Shown: piece after piece, positions 1 through 9,755 of the stretch
Layout: each line of letters opens with the position of its first letter
Numbering within the stretch: the stretch's first letter is position 1
Assembly: GCA_963721455.1 (NCBI GenBank)
Contig: CAVRJG010000053.1
Location: 1 to 64,000 of the forward strand
DNA from: an uncultured Methanosarcinaceae archaeon
GTDB lineage: Archaea; Halobacteriota; Methanosarcinia; Methanosarcinales; Methanosarcinaceae
Length of the DNA stretch: 64,000 nucleotides
Reading direction: 5' to 3'
Notes under the pieces: generated by a model
Seen by the model: the letters and a program-made list of their open reading frames with translations, nothing else
Told to the model about the DNA's origin: nothing
Databases searched by the model: none
Translations under genes and position numbers: made by a program

Positions 1-168
1 GGAATTCCCAGTATTCCTGCTCAAGAAGAACCTATCGGGTCCATTGAAGTCTTTATCAGGGCCGATTCTCAGGAAGAAATGGAAAGACTTTTTGAATGGC
101 TTTTGCCCCTTACCGAAGAAGGGAAACCTGTTATTGAACTGGATATGGACTATGTGGAGAAGGGTTGA
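1..168 (+). CDS. 3' end of a UPF0201/DUF54-like RNA-binding protein (partial)
   Basis: Frame 1 reads GIPSIPAQEEPIGSIEVFIRADSQEEMERLFEWLLPLTEEGKPVIELDMDYVEKG-TGA; PxGxIEV and WLxPxTEEGKP resemble the DUF54 C-terminus. Confidence 0.6.
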   Translation, partial: GIPSIPAQEEPIGSIEVFIRADSQEEMERLFEWLLPLTEEGKPVIELDMDYVEKG

Positions 169-180
169 AACGTTTTAAGG

Positions 181-264
181 TTTTAATGCTCTGTATGCCT
201 TTAATACGCTTTTAATGCTTTGTAGATCTTTAATATGCCTTTAATGCTCTAAAAAACATTTAAT
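181..264. repeat. Degenerate ~29-bp tandem repeat, about 3 copies
   Basis: TTTTAATGCTCTGTATGCCTTTAATACGC / TTTTAATGCTTTGTAGATCTTTAATATGC / CTTTAATGCTCT... Confidence 0.6.
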
Positions 265-306
265 TCCCTGTTGAAATCCATTGAAAGAGCGCGTTAAATT
301 AATCCG

Positions 307-429
307 AGTTCAGTTAACTTAATTCAGTCCATTTAGTTCAGTCCATTTAGTTCAGTTAACTTGGTTCAGTTAACTTGGTTCAGTTAATTGAGTTCAATTA
401 CCGAATTCAGTTAAATAATTCAGTTAAAT
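307..429. repeat. 13-14-bp tandem repeat, 9 copies (consensus AGTTCAGTTAACTT)
   Basis: Contiguous units start at 307, 321, 335, 349, 363, 377, 391, 404, 417, with no spacers. Confidence 0.85.
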
Positions 430-488
430 ATATCTTAATTCGCACCCACAAATCTATATTAACAAATTAAAAGGAATGAACTTTCGTC

Positions 489-1262
489 ATGCAGTTGCAC
501 AGAATCAGTTATTCGTCGCGTGCAGTCGTTGAAGACCCTTTCAAATGGGCTTACACTCTCGAAGACCATGGGTATACCGGTTGGGAAATCGTACAGGAAG
601 GGTCCCAGTGCCTGAACAGCAAGAATATTCAGAATTTGAAAAATATCAATGAGACCACTGGCCTTGAGCTGACCCTGCATCTGCCTTTCTCGGATATGAA
701 TCTGGCAGGTCTGAACGACTCACTCAGGGCAGAAGTTCTCAGGCAGATGAAACACTACCTGACTCTGGCTTCTAACTATGTCAATCTGGCTGTAATACAC
801 CCTGGCTATCTTTCTCCTTATGGTGTGCAGGTCCCGCAACAAGCCTACTTTACTAACCTTGCCTCTCTCCGGGAAATCTGCGATTTTGCAGCGGATTTCG
901 GAATTCTCGTTGCTGTTGAGAATATGCCCGACCTGCCAAAAATCTTCGGAAAATATCCTGACGAAATGATTGAGATGCTTGATTCCATTGGAAGTCATAA
1001 TGTGGGCTTTACCTTCGATGTTGGGCACGCAAATACAGTTGGGCTTGTTGACGATTTCCTGGATTTCCTGACAGAAAGAATTTCCCATGTACATATTCAC
1101 GATAACATGGGCAAAAAAGACGAACATCTCCCTCTGGGAAAAGGTACGATAGACTGGAAACAGGTTATGAAAAAGCTTTCGGACTATAAGGGAATTTTTG
1201 TCACCGAAATGAGCTCTGTCGAAGAGGGAATTGAAAGCCTTGAATTTTTAAGAAAGTTGTAA
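489..1262 (+). CDS. Sugar phosphate isomerase/epimerase (xylose isomerase-like TIM barrel, AP endonuclease 2 family)
   Basis: 257 aa with VENMP, FDVGH, HVHIHDN..DEHLPLGKGTIDW metal-binding motifs. Confidence 0.9.
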   Translation: MQLHRISYSSRAVVEDPFKWAYTLEDHGYTGWEIVQEGSQCLNSKNIQNLKNINETTGLELTLHLPFSDMNLAGLNDSLRAEVLRQMKHYLTLASNYVNLAVIHPGYLSPYGVQVPQQAYFTNLASLREICDFAADFGILVAVENMPDLPKIFGKYPDEMIEMLDSIGSHNVGFTFDVGHANTVGLVDDFLDFLTERISHVHIHDNMGKKDEHLPLGKGTIDWKQVMKKLSDYKGIFVTEMSSVEEGIESLEFLRKL

Positions 1263-1303
1263 AAGAGAACTCTTCAATCTCTTCTTCAGTTATTAGATAT
1301 TTT

Positions 1304-3079
1304 GTATCCTCTTCAAATTGAGTGGAAAGCTTTGACTTTCAACTCCATGAGCTTTTTTCTCTAATGAGTTGAGCCAGAGATGGCATCTCAAATGTATTGC
1401 TCACTCTATCACATATGTACTGATACGCACTTATACTCAGTTTCTTTGCAGTCTGAACAATCGTCATAAATGTGTCGTTTGCCTTTGTCCCTTCATCTGT
1501 TATGGTTTGAAGGCTCACATCTCTTTTTCTGACCTTTGCTCTCGCCGCTAGTTCCGCTGCATTGTTATGCAGCGGAACCTCTGGCAAAACCAGTACCTTT
1601 AATAGATGTTCCTTTTTCTCTTTCGTCTTACTGATTCTTTCATCCAACTGTTCGTATCCTGTTATAATCGAAAACAACTGATCAAACTTAATGGATAATT
1701 GCTTCGCTACCTCTGAATCTGGTTTTTCTCGAAACTTAACGAGTTCCCCATAAAAGTCCCAGTACCTATCCAGAAAAGCTTTCAGCTTTTCCTTATAATA
1801 TGGTACTATTGGCCTCAATTTCTTGTAGTTTCTCCCATCATGAATCCAACAAAGAGCATGATGTGATGCAACTTGCCTGAATTGAGGTGCATCATCACTT
1901 AGAAGTATGGTAACCACAGGTATGTCTGTACTTTGATGATATGCCGCAATTGCACCGGCTTCAAGAACTTTCTTCTTAGTAGTTTTATACCCTTTGAGTG
2001 AAAAAACACAATCCAGTTTTCGACGCATTTCTTCATCACTGAATATTTTGTTTTTAAAAGAAGAGAGCTTTTCCATCCAGATTTGGGAAACATTAAACGT
2101 TTTCATCAGATCAAATGCTTCATCATTAAAGCAGTACGTTTTTTCTTTTCCACATAGAAGTACATCTAAAATATTTTCTCGACTCTTGTTGGGAACTGTA
2201 AAATAAGCAGCACAATAAGGATTACAAAGAATTTGAGTATAGTGATTTTTACCATTGACTCTTGCACCTGTATCATCAATCTGCTGATAAGGCGAAGCCT
2301 TAAGACCTTCCAGAAAAATCTCAGCTTTCTCCTGATGGAAGATATCAGTATCTTTTGTCAAAATTCGAGAAATTGTGGCTTTGGATATATAAACACCAAT
2401 ATTTTCCAGAAATTCATGTATTTTGGGCTCTGAAACATTCGCAACATGGTTAAGTGTGATTATCAGAGATTTGATTCCAGGACCAAATTCACCTTTGATA
2501 CCATGTGGTAATTCTCCTGAATATGTTTTATGCTCAGAAGGAGAATAAAATATCTCTATCCTGTAGTTGGTGTTCACAGGCTTTATGGATATATCCTGAA
2601 TTATTACGTCCCTATAACCTTTAGGATATGCGTCACTGGGTAAAACGGATCTATCAACTTTACATGTTTCAATTCGATGAACCTCTATTTTGTCCAGTTT
2701 TGATTTAGATTCTTTGTCCTATGGATGCTCTCTTTTTCGTCTCTCTTTCTCAGAAGAAATATCTTCATTCTTTTTAGAGCCACGAATCTTAGGTTTGGTT
2801 TGTTCACCTTTGAGTAAATTGATTTCATTTCGAAGCTTTTGGTTCTCTGCCTTGAGAAATTCTATCTCCTCGTTCTGTTTTTCAATGATAGCAAACAAAA
2901 TGCGAAAAGCTGTAGCATACCTTTTATCCTCAATTTCATCAGGATTGATATCCAAAGATGCCAGCAATTGTTTTAAAGCTTCGAGTTCCATCTTTTTACT
3001 CCAAAATATGATAAGGGTAAATGGAGCAACTATTATATTTTTCCTGTGATTGAAAATCCATCAAATTTGAAGAGGATAC
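1304..3079 (-). mobile_element. IS66-family insertion sequence, copy 1 (1776 bp), no target duplication
   Basis: TIR GTATCCTCTTCAAATT at both ends; near-identical to 16187-17962; flanks GATATTTT / GAATTATC do not match. Confidence 0.9.
1339..2991 (-). CDS. IS66-family transposase, 550 aa with in-frame TAG at codon 91 (candidate pyrrolysine)
   Basis: The 90-aa and 412-aa ORFs are in one frame, joined by TAG plus 47 sense codons; motifs IDDTG, LSDDA, LCWIH, HNNAAE. Confidence 0.8.
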
Positions 3080-3202
3080 GAATTATCGATAAAACAAAAC
3101 TGATCAGCCCTGCAAAGTGTTCCTTCACAGTCTGCAAAAGATCACGGGTTATGAAAAAAGTATATTCTAGGTCTGAGGTATATTTAAAAAAGTAAAAGTG
3201 TA

Positions 3203-3262
3203 AGTCCGCTTGAGCGAAGCGAAACGGACCGCGCATCGTCGAGCCGCAACTCGACCGAAGCG
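3203..3262 (+). repeat. Structured dispersed repeat with GCGAAGC mini-hairpin, copy 1
   Basis: AGTCCGCTTGAGCGAAGCGAAACGGAC-CGCG-CAT-CGTCGAGCCGCAACTCGAC; related copy at 39805-39860. Confidence 0.65.
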
Positions 3263-3272
3263 AAATTCGGGT

Positions 3273-3472
3273 TTAGTATCTGTCTTCTCTGGGTTTCCTG
3301 TGCTTAGGAAGGCATTCTCTGCAGTAAACGGGTCTTTCCGGGTCAGGTTTGAAAGGTACTTCGGTTTCAGCACCACAGTCAGAACATGTTGTCTTGTGCA
3401 TTTCTCTTGGAGCGCCGAAACCCCCGCGTTGGAATTAGAATTCCCTCTGAAGTTTCTGTCATTAAAAGCCAT
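3273..3472 (-). pseudogene. CxxC-x17-CxxC zinc-ribbon small protein with a 1-nt frameshift
   Basis: MAFNDRNFRGNSNSN, then in the shifted frame GGFGAPREMHKTTCSDCGAETEVPFKPDPERPVYCRECLPKHRKPREDRY-TAA; 200 nt, one base short of 67 codons. Confidence 0.8.
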
Positions 3473-3681
3473 TATTGTTTCACCTTTGTTTTGATTTTTG
3501 TTAATAGTTTAAAAATAAGATTGTATAGAACTCTTTGTTTAAAAACAAAAATTGGTTTTTTAACAACAGATGGTTATACATCTCTTTATTTTCAATGAAC
3601 CTGTGTTGCACCTATAATATATAAATATACCTGTACAAAAAAGAGAACATTTTAGAACCAGGGCTTAAGGAGGAAATTAAA

Positions 3682-3810
3682 GTGCCTGAAATTTCTAATT
3701 CTGGCCGACGACAGAAAAAAAATATTAAAATTGAATTGGAACGAAGGAAGAAACTTTATTCCGTATGCCTCAGCCCATTTTCTGATAACTATCTATGTGT
3801 ATTCGGTTAA
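3682..3810 (+). CDS. Candidate 42-aa basic small protein
   Basis: AGGAGG SD, GTG start, upstream TATA-like TATAATATATAAA near 3613; no family recognised. Confidence 0.3.
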   Translation: MPEISNSGRRQKKNIKIELERRKKLYSVCLSPFSDNYLCVFG

Positions 3811-3848
3811 GGTGCAAAACGCCAAAAAGTGTTTTTTATGTAATATAT

Positions 3849-4851
3849 CCTTAATTTGACAGTATTCACTAATTGATATTGAAAATCTGTTCTATTTTTA
3901 GCTCAAATTAGTTTGACAGGAGGTTATGAATCCATCGAATTTTATAATAAATTCTAGGGAATAGTGCCCATTTTTGCCACTATTAAGCTATTGATTTTAT
4001 CAAAATTCGCAAAAATATGATTTTTGACCCCGTTTTTCACGAACTTTATTGTAAGTGTCAAATTCTTTAAGCTTTTTTTGATGAATTTTGTGGACTTATG
4101 TTTGATTTCCTCAAATTCATATCGCATCAGCGATATGAACAACTGAGCAATAAATCCTAAGAGAACAGCTCCATAAATGCTATTATCTGACCAAACCCTT
4201 AACGGCTTAATCTGTAATTCGTTTTTCAATGAGTTGAATATTTTCTCGATAGAGTCCTTCTCTCGATATATTTCTAATGCCTTCTCAAGTGTCAAATTCT
4301 TGTTTGATTTAAGGCAGAAAAATCCTTCTCTTCCATTAATTATCGAGTTTTTCAGAAGTTCTATTGCTTCATCATCACTAAGCTCTTCGAGCTTAGTTGT
4401 AAAAGAGTAGTCAATTTCAATCAACTCATTGTTGATTCTGAATTTCTTGGGAAGCTTTTTGTTTTTAACAATTATTTCTTGTATCTCTTTTGCTTCCTGT
4501 AACTTCTTAAGAACAGTTCTTGCCTTTGCTTCCAACTGTTTCTCTTGTAGTGATTCTGAGAAATAAAAATACTTAATGCTATTTGGCTTGACTATCTTAA
4601 TCCCATAAATATTTTTTTCAGAATCTATTAGCTCTGCTTTATCTTTATCAAAATTCTCAATGATTTTATCGTCGCTTGCGTTCAGTTTCATGGAAGTAAG
4701 ATATGTCATCTTATCTTCCTGTATTAGCTTAATGTTGTCAACTGTATTTGCACCTTTATCAAAGACAATAAGAGATCCTTTTTTGAGATTTCTCTTTACC
4801 TGGTTATAAGTCTCAGGAAAATGTTGCAGATCAAGAACGTTTCCTCTATTA
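3849..4851 (-). mobile_element. 5'-truncated IS1634-family element (copy A), transposase 3' part 3954-4851
   Basis: Right TIR CCTTAATTTGACAG at 3849; near-identical to the 3' half of copy B; cut exactly at the left TIR of copy B. Confidence 0.85.
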
Positions 4852-5319
4852 CCTGAGTTTGACAGATAAATAAAAATAAGTGCTCTTTATTTTGTTTTAT
4901 TCGGTCCAATGAATATAAAAACAAAAATAAGAGCATTCCCAATTATTCCTAACAAGAATAAATGTGTTTCTATCGGATCGATGCTTGCTGTTCAATACTT
5001 TTATGAAAACTTAATTTTTCTGATGTTTTTAGCAAGCATAAAAGTAAGGGTTTAGATCTCAATAGTTTATTAATTGGCTTGGTGAGCTATAAGCTCACCG
5101 AGAATTTTAGCATCAAGGAAGCTAGTAAATGGTTAAATCAGAAAGAAATTCTCGAGATTTTGAACCTCAAGAGTTTTCATGAAAAAGTTCTTTACAGGAC
5201 TCTTGAGATCCTCGGACGTAATAAGGAGATAATTCTCTCGGAGATCTTAGCTTGACTTTGTCACATTTCCTTTTCACGTCTACCGTGAAGTATAATTTTT
5301 CCCCTATAAATTTGGTTTA

Positions 5320-6675
5320 GTGAAACAAATAACAGCTGACTTCATCAAGTCAAATAATATCTCTGTAGAAAAATACATTTCAGAGAAGCATCTTGAATTC
5401 TATTTTCAAACGAAAACTCGTTGTATGGTTTTAACCTGTATTGATTACCTTAATGGTTTGCTTCTCCTCCCCTATAGGAAAAATATGAGAAAAATGGCAA
5501 TTTACTGTTGTAAATGCTCTAACAACCAATCACTAAGCCATTTCCTCTCAACTTCTCCTTGGCGTTCTGCAGATCTCCTCAAATCTGTTCGAACAAAAGC
5601 CATTCAAACTATAGGTAAAAATGGTGTTCTTATACTTGACGAATCAAGCATAAAAAAATCTGGAAATAGTTCTGTCGGAGTTTCTCATCAGTATTGCGGC
5701 AACCTTGGAAAAAAGGATAATTGTCAGGTTGGCGTATTCCTTGCTTATTTTAAGAAAAATAAGAGAATGTTGATTGATGAGAGATTATATCTCCCACAAA
5801 AATGGATTGATGACAAGGCACGTTGTTTAAAGGCTAAAATTCCTCGTGAGGAGATAAAGTTCCGAACCAAGTATGAACTTGGTCTTGAAATGATTGATAA
5901 TGCAATAGAAGAAGGTATTCCTTTCTCCTATGTCACAATGGATGGATTCTACGGTGAAAATCCTGAGTTATTGACAGAACTTGAAAGTAGAGGCTTAACT
6001 TTTGTTGCAGACATAGCTGTTGATACTCTCGTCTATATTGAGAAACCATTAGTTGGGATTCCTGAGAAAAAGGGAATCAGAGGAAGGAAACCTATTATTC
6101 CCAGAGTTTTGAATACATTATCAACAAGGGTTGATTTTCTTTCCAGTTTAATTGAAGGATGGAAACTTATCAAAGTTAGAAAAACGGAAAGAGGGTACAA
6201 AAAAGTCTATTTTAAGGCCATAAAGGTTTGGAGACGTCAGAATAACTTGCCTTGTGAGAAGCCACTATGGCTTCTCATAAGTAAAGATTCAGAATCAAAT
6301 GAAATAAAATACTCATTATGTAACGCTTCTGAGGATGCTCCATTAGAAGAACTTGCAAAAATGCAGAGTTCAAGGTATTGGATTGAGAGAGCATTTCAGG
6401 ATGCAAAGGGAAACTGTGGAATGGCAGAATATATGGTGAGAAATTGGAATGCATGGCACCATCATATGGCATTGGTAATGCTTGCAATGCTTATTTTACT
6501 CTCTTATCTGAAAAAATTCAACAAAATGTATAAGATTTCAATTCCTGGGATCATATGGATACTGAAGTACCACAATCCATTGAAAAGAATCGATGCTTGG
6601 GAAATTGCAAGAATATTAAATCAAGATAATGAGCTGAGAAGGAAGGCAAGAGTTAGCAGGTTAAGAAGTTCATAA
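5320..6675 (+). CDS. IS701-family transposase
   Basis: 451 aa with LDESSIKKSG..SVGVSHQYCGNLGKKDNCQVGV, MDGFYG, RYWIERAFQDAKG..G. Confidence 0.92.
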   Translation: MKQITADFIKSNNISVEKYISEKHLEFYFQTKTRCMVLTCIDYLNGLLLLPYRKNMRKMAIYCCKCSNNQSLSHFLSTSPWRSADLLKSVRTKAIQTIGKNGVLILDESSIKKSGNSSVGVSHQYCGNLGKKDNCQVGVFLAYFKKNKRMLIDERLYLPQKWIDDKARCLKAKIPREEIKFRTKYELGLEMIDNAIEEGIPFSYVTMDGFYGENPELLTELESRGLTFVADIAVDTLVYIEKPLVGIPEKKGIRGRKPIIPRVLNTLSTRVDFLSSLIEGWKLIKVRKTERGYKKVYFKAIKVWRRQNNLPCEKPLWLLISKDSESNEIKYSLCNASEDAPLEELAKMQSSRYWIERAFQDAKGNCGMAEYMVRNWNAWHHHMALVMLAMLILLSYLKKFNKMYKISIPGIIWILKYHNPLKRIDAWEIARILNQDNELRRKARVSRLRSS

Positions 6676-6720
6676 TTTTTCGGATTAGAGAAATTGGATT
6701 CTTGTTCTGGTTACTGGTAA

Positions 6721-6997
6721 CCTACTTTCGGCAGGTCGACGTTTAATTTTTGATAATTTTACTGATGGCGATTTTGAAATAATGCTCCTTACTTGTGTGT
6801 AATTGATAGGTTTACATATGACCAATTATTAATTTCTCATACTAAACTTTAATGAAAAAATGATTTAGTATTTATATATGCTGTGGGAGTTGAGCCACCT
6901 GTTAACCAGCTTTAAACCTAATCTATAGTTAGTGAATGTTCAAAAACGGCATCAAGAAAAATATTCTAATTTTTAATGTCGACCTGCCGAAAGTAGG
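6721..6997. mobile_element. 277-bp MITE with perfect 20-bp TIR and 6-bp TSD TGGTAA
   Basis: CCTACTTTCGGCAGGTCGAC ... GTCGACCTGCCGAAAGTAGG; TGGTAA at 6715-6720 and 6998-7003; no ORF. Confidence 0.9.
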
Positions 6998-7234
6998 TGG
7001 TAAGTATGCAATTTTAGCAGGAAAAATTTATGACAGTGAAATTAAGGCAACTATTGATTAAGAAGAAAATAGAAGAAACAAAAATGGGAAGGTAAAAAGG
7101 TTCAAGATGGAGTAGATTTGAGTGGAAATAGGTTTCGATATCTGCAATAATGATTTAATTTGACAATGTCAAGTTAGATAATCTGTTTTCTGTTTATGGT
7201 TTTGGAGAGACTGATATAAACCTTGACTGGACTA

Positions 7235-7337
7235 GTGCATCGATTCCAAAATAAGTCCCTTGTTTAGAGGGAAATTAGTTAATCAACAGACAAATCAAAA
7301 ACCAAGGTTTTATGAACATACTTTGGAATCGCAGCAC
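7235..7337. mobile_element. 103-bp MITE at a TA/CTAG target (IS630-like ends)
   Basis: Ends GTGCATCGATTCCAAAATA / TACTTTGGAATCGCAGCAC; removing it restores codons GAC TGG ACT AGT ATA GTT (DWTSIV). Confidence 0.85.
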
Positions 7338-8392
7338 TAGTATAGTTCTTCACGGAACTAAATCCAAGCTTGGTAAGTACGGATATAGCAGGGATCATAG
7401 ACCTGATAAGTTGCAGATAACAGTTGGAGTCAGTGAACTCAGAAAACCAATTAACATCCCTATTGGAATTACAGTTAATAGAGGAAACGTTCTTGATCTG
7501 CAACATTTTCCTGAGACTTATAACCAGGTAAAGAGAAATCTCAAAAAAGGATCTCTTATTGTCTTTGATAAAGGTGCAAATACAGTTGACAACATTAAGC
7601 TAATACAGGAAGATAAGATGACATATCTTACTTCCATGAAACTGAACGCAAGCGACGATAAAATCATTGAGAATTTTGATAAAGATAAAGCAGAGCTAAT
7701 AGATTCTGAAAAAAGTATTTATGGGATTAAGATAGTCAAGCCAAATAGCATTAAGTATTTTTATTTCTCAGAATCACTACAAGCGAAACAGTTGGAAGCA
7801 AAGGCAAGAACTGTTCTTAAGAAGTTACAGGAAGCAAAAGAGATACAAGAAATAATTGTTAAAAACAAAAAGCTTCCCAAGAAATTCAGAATCAACAATG
7901 AGTTGATTGAGATTGACTACTCTTTTACAACTAAGCTCGAAGAGCTTAGTGATGATGAAGCAATAGAACTTCTGAAAAACTCGATAATTAATGGAAGAGA
8001 AGGATTTTTCTGCCTTAAATCAAACAAGAATTTGACACTTGAGAAGGCATTAGAAATATATCGAGAGAAGGACTCTATCGAGAAAATATTCAACTCATTG
8101 AAAAACGAATTACAGATTAAGCCGTTAAGGGTTTGGTCAGATAATAGCATTTATGGAGCTGTTCTCTTAGGATTTATTGCTCAGTTGTTCATATCGCTGA
8201 TGCGATATGAATTTGAGGAAATCAAACATAAGTCCACAAAATTCATCAAAAAAAGCTTAAAGAATTTGACACTTACAATAAAGTTCGTGAAAAACGGGGT
8301 CAAAAATCATATTTTTGCGAATTTTGATAAAATCAATAGCTTAATAGTAGCAAAAATGGGCACTATTCCCTAGAATTTATTATAAAATTCGA

Positions 8393-9661
8393 GGCAGTGT
8401 GCCTAATTTTCTGTAAAATCTACTCTCTACCCCTTCGTCTTCTTTTTTGATTACTGTTCCATTACTATATACTTGTTTCCTGTGATCCAGTCTTCATTTA
8501 TATCAATTAGTATTGAGACTACAAGTCTCAATACTGAGTCCTGGTTAGGAAATGCTCCAACTACCTTGCTTCTTCTTTTGAGTTCCTTGTTAGTCCTTTC
8601 CATCATATTTGTTGTCCTTATTTTTTTCCAGTGTTTTTCTGGAAACTGCATATAGTTCATTACATCATACTGAAAACTTTCAAGGGTATCAGCTGCGCTT
8701 TTATACCCCATACTGTCCAGTTCCCTAATCAGGTGATTCAAGTTCTGACGGTCGACTAATGCTTCTTTTATCTTCTCAGCCACTTCTTTCTGCTTCTTTT
8801 TTGGCACCTTCTTGAGAACTTGTCTTGTCAGATGTACATGACACATCTGCCAACTTGATCCAATAAAGGATTCTCTGACTGCTTTCTGTATTCCTTTATG
8901 ACCATCAGAAACGATTAACTTGACACCTCTTAACCCTCTTTCTTTCAGATCATCGAATAGATCTTCCCAGAACATAGAAGCTTCACTGTCTGCCAATCTT
9001 GTTCCAAGTCATCTCTCGGTAACCGTCATCCCTGATTCCAGCAACTACGAAGAGAGCTTTGTTTTCATAATGAAGCCCATCTCTTACCTTGAAATAAGTC
9101 GCATCAATAAACAAGTAAGGAATTTCATGTTCTATTCGTTTTGAGAGGAATTCTTCAACCTTTTCATCCAGTTCTTTAGTAATCCTGGAAACAGAAGAGG
9201 CTGAGATTTCACCTACTCCTAAAGCGATCATGATCTTTTCCACCCTACGGGTGGAAACACCCTGAAGGTAAGATTCCGCTATAGCGGTTAAGATGGCCTT
9301 TTCAACTCTCGAATATTTCTCAAAAACCTGGGTTTCAAAGGGAAACTCACGGAATTGAGGCTTTGACAATTCAAGTTTTCCATGCTTGGTCAGAAGAGTT
9401 CGGGGTTTGTAGCCATTTCTACTGGCTTTACGTGAATCAATCCGCTCATAACGTTGTGCGCCAGCTTGGAGGAGGGCTTCCTCCTCCATTGTAAGGTTTA
9501 AAAACCAGGTAATTAGCTGGCGAATTCCATCTTCCTGATCGACAAGATAATCTTTTATGAGTGAGAACAAATTAACCATTGACTCTGCATCCTGTTTTTT
9601 TGTGGTGAAAAGAAAAGGATACAGAGTCAATCATATTTTACAGAACTTTCGGTACACTGCC
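8393..9661 (-). mobile_element. IS256-family insertion sequence with 8-bp TSD AAATTCGA
   Basis: Imperfect 27-bp TIR GGCAGTGT...TTCTGTAAAAT; AAATTCGA at 8385-8392 and 9662-9669; removal restores the sequence seen in copy A. Confidence 0.92.
8451..9579 (-). pseudogene. IS256-family transposase with a frameshift near 9010
   Basis: RNGY, YLQGVSTRRV, IDATY, VSDGHKG, QMCHVH, TTNMMER motifs split over two frames at GAG ATG ACT TGG (one extra base). Confidence 0.88.
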
Positions 9662-9755
9662 AAATTCGATGGATTCATAACCTCCTGTCAAACTAATTTG
9701 AGCTAAAAATAGAACAGATTTTCAATATCAATTAGTGAATACTGTCAAATTAAGG

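Larger units (their letters stand above)
5251..7173 (+). mobile_element. IS701-family insertion sequence with 4-bp TSD TTAG
   Basis: TIR CTTGAC(T/A)TTGTCA(C/A)ATT; TTAG at 5247-5250 and 7174-7177. Confidence 0.9.
4909..8373 (+). pseudogene. IS1634-family transposase, frameshifted near 5008 and interrupted by IS701 and a 103-bp MITE
   Basis: ATG 4909 MNIKTKIRAFPIIP...; frame resumes across both insertions (ILDNLFSVYGFGETDINLDWTSIVLHG); ends MGTIP-TAG. Confidence 0.85.
4852..9755 (+). mobile_element. IS1634-family element (copy B, ~1.6 kb native) carrying three nested insertions
   Basis: TIRs CCTGAGTTTGACAG / CTGTCAAATTAAGG; transposase motif GYSRDHRPDKLQ; flanks CTATTA / CTATAA. Confidence 0.85.

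Noticed and set aside
3167-3472. 101-aa ORF as given in the track
   Set aside because: Out-of-frame continuation of the frameshifted CxxC-x17-CxxC gene
3681-3690. AGTGCCTGAA match to the attC-element left TIR
   Set aside because: Only 10 bp, no partner end, and it coincides with a plausible GTG start
8371-8385. Functional pyrrolysine readthrough at the IS1634 TAG (and at mesC TAG 11673)
   Set aside because: A TAA follows after three sense codons (TGA immediately for mesC), so these are ordinary stops with backups
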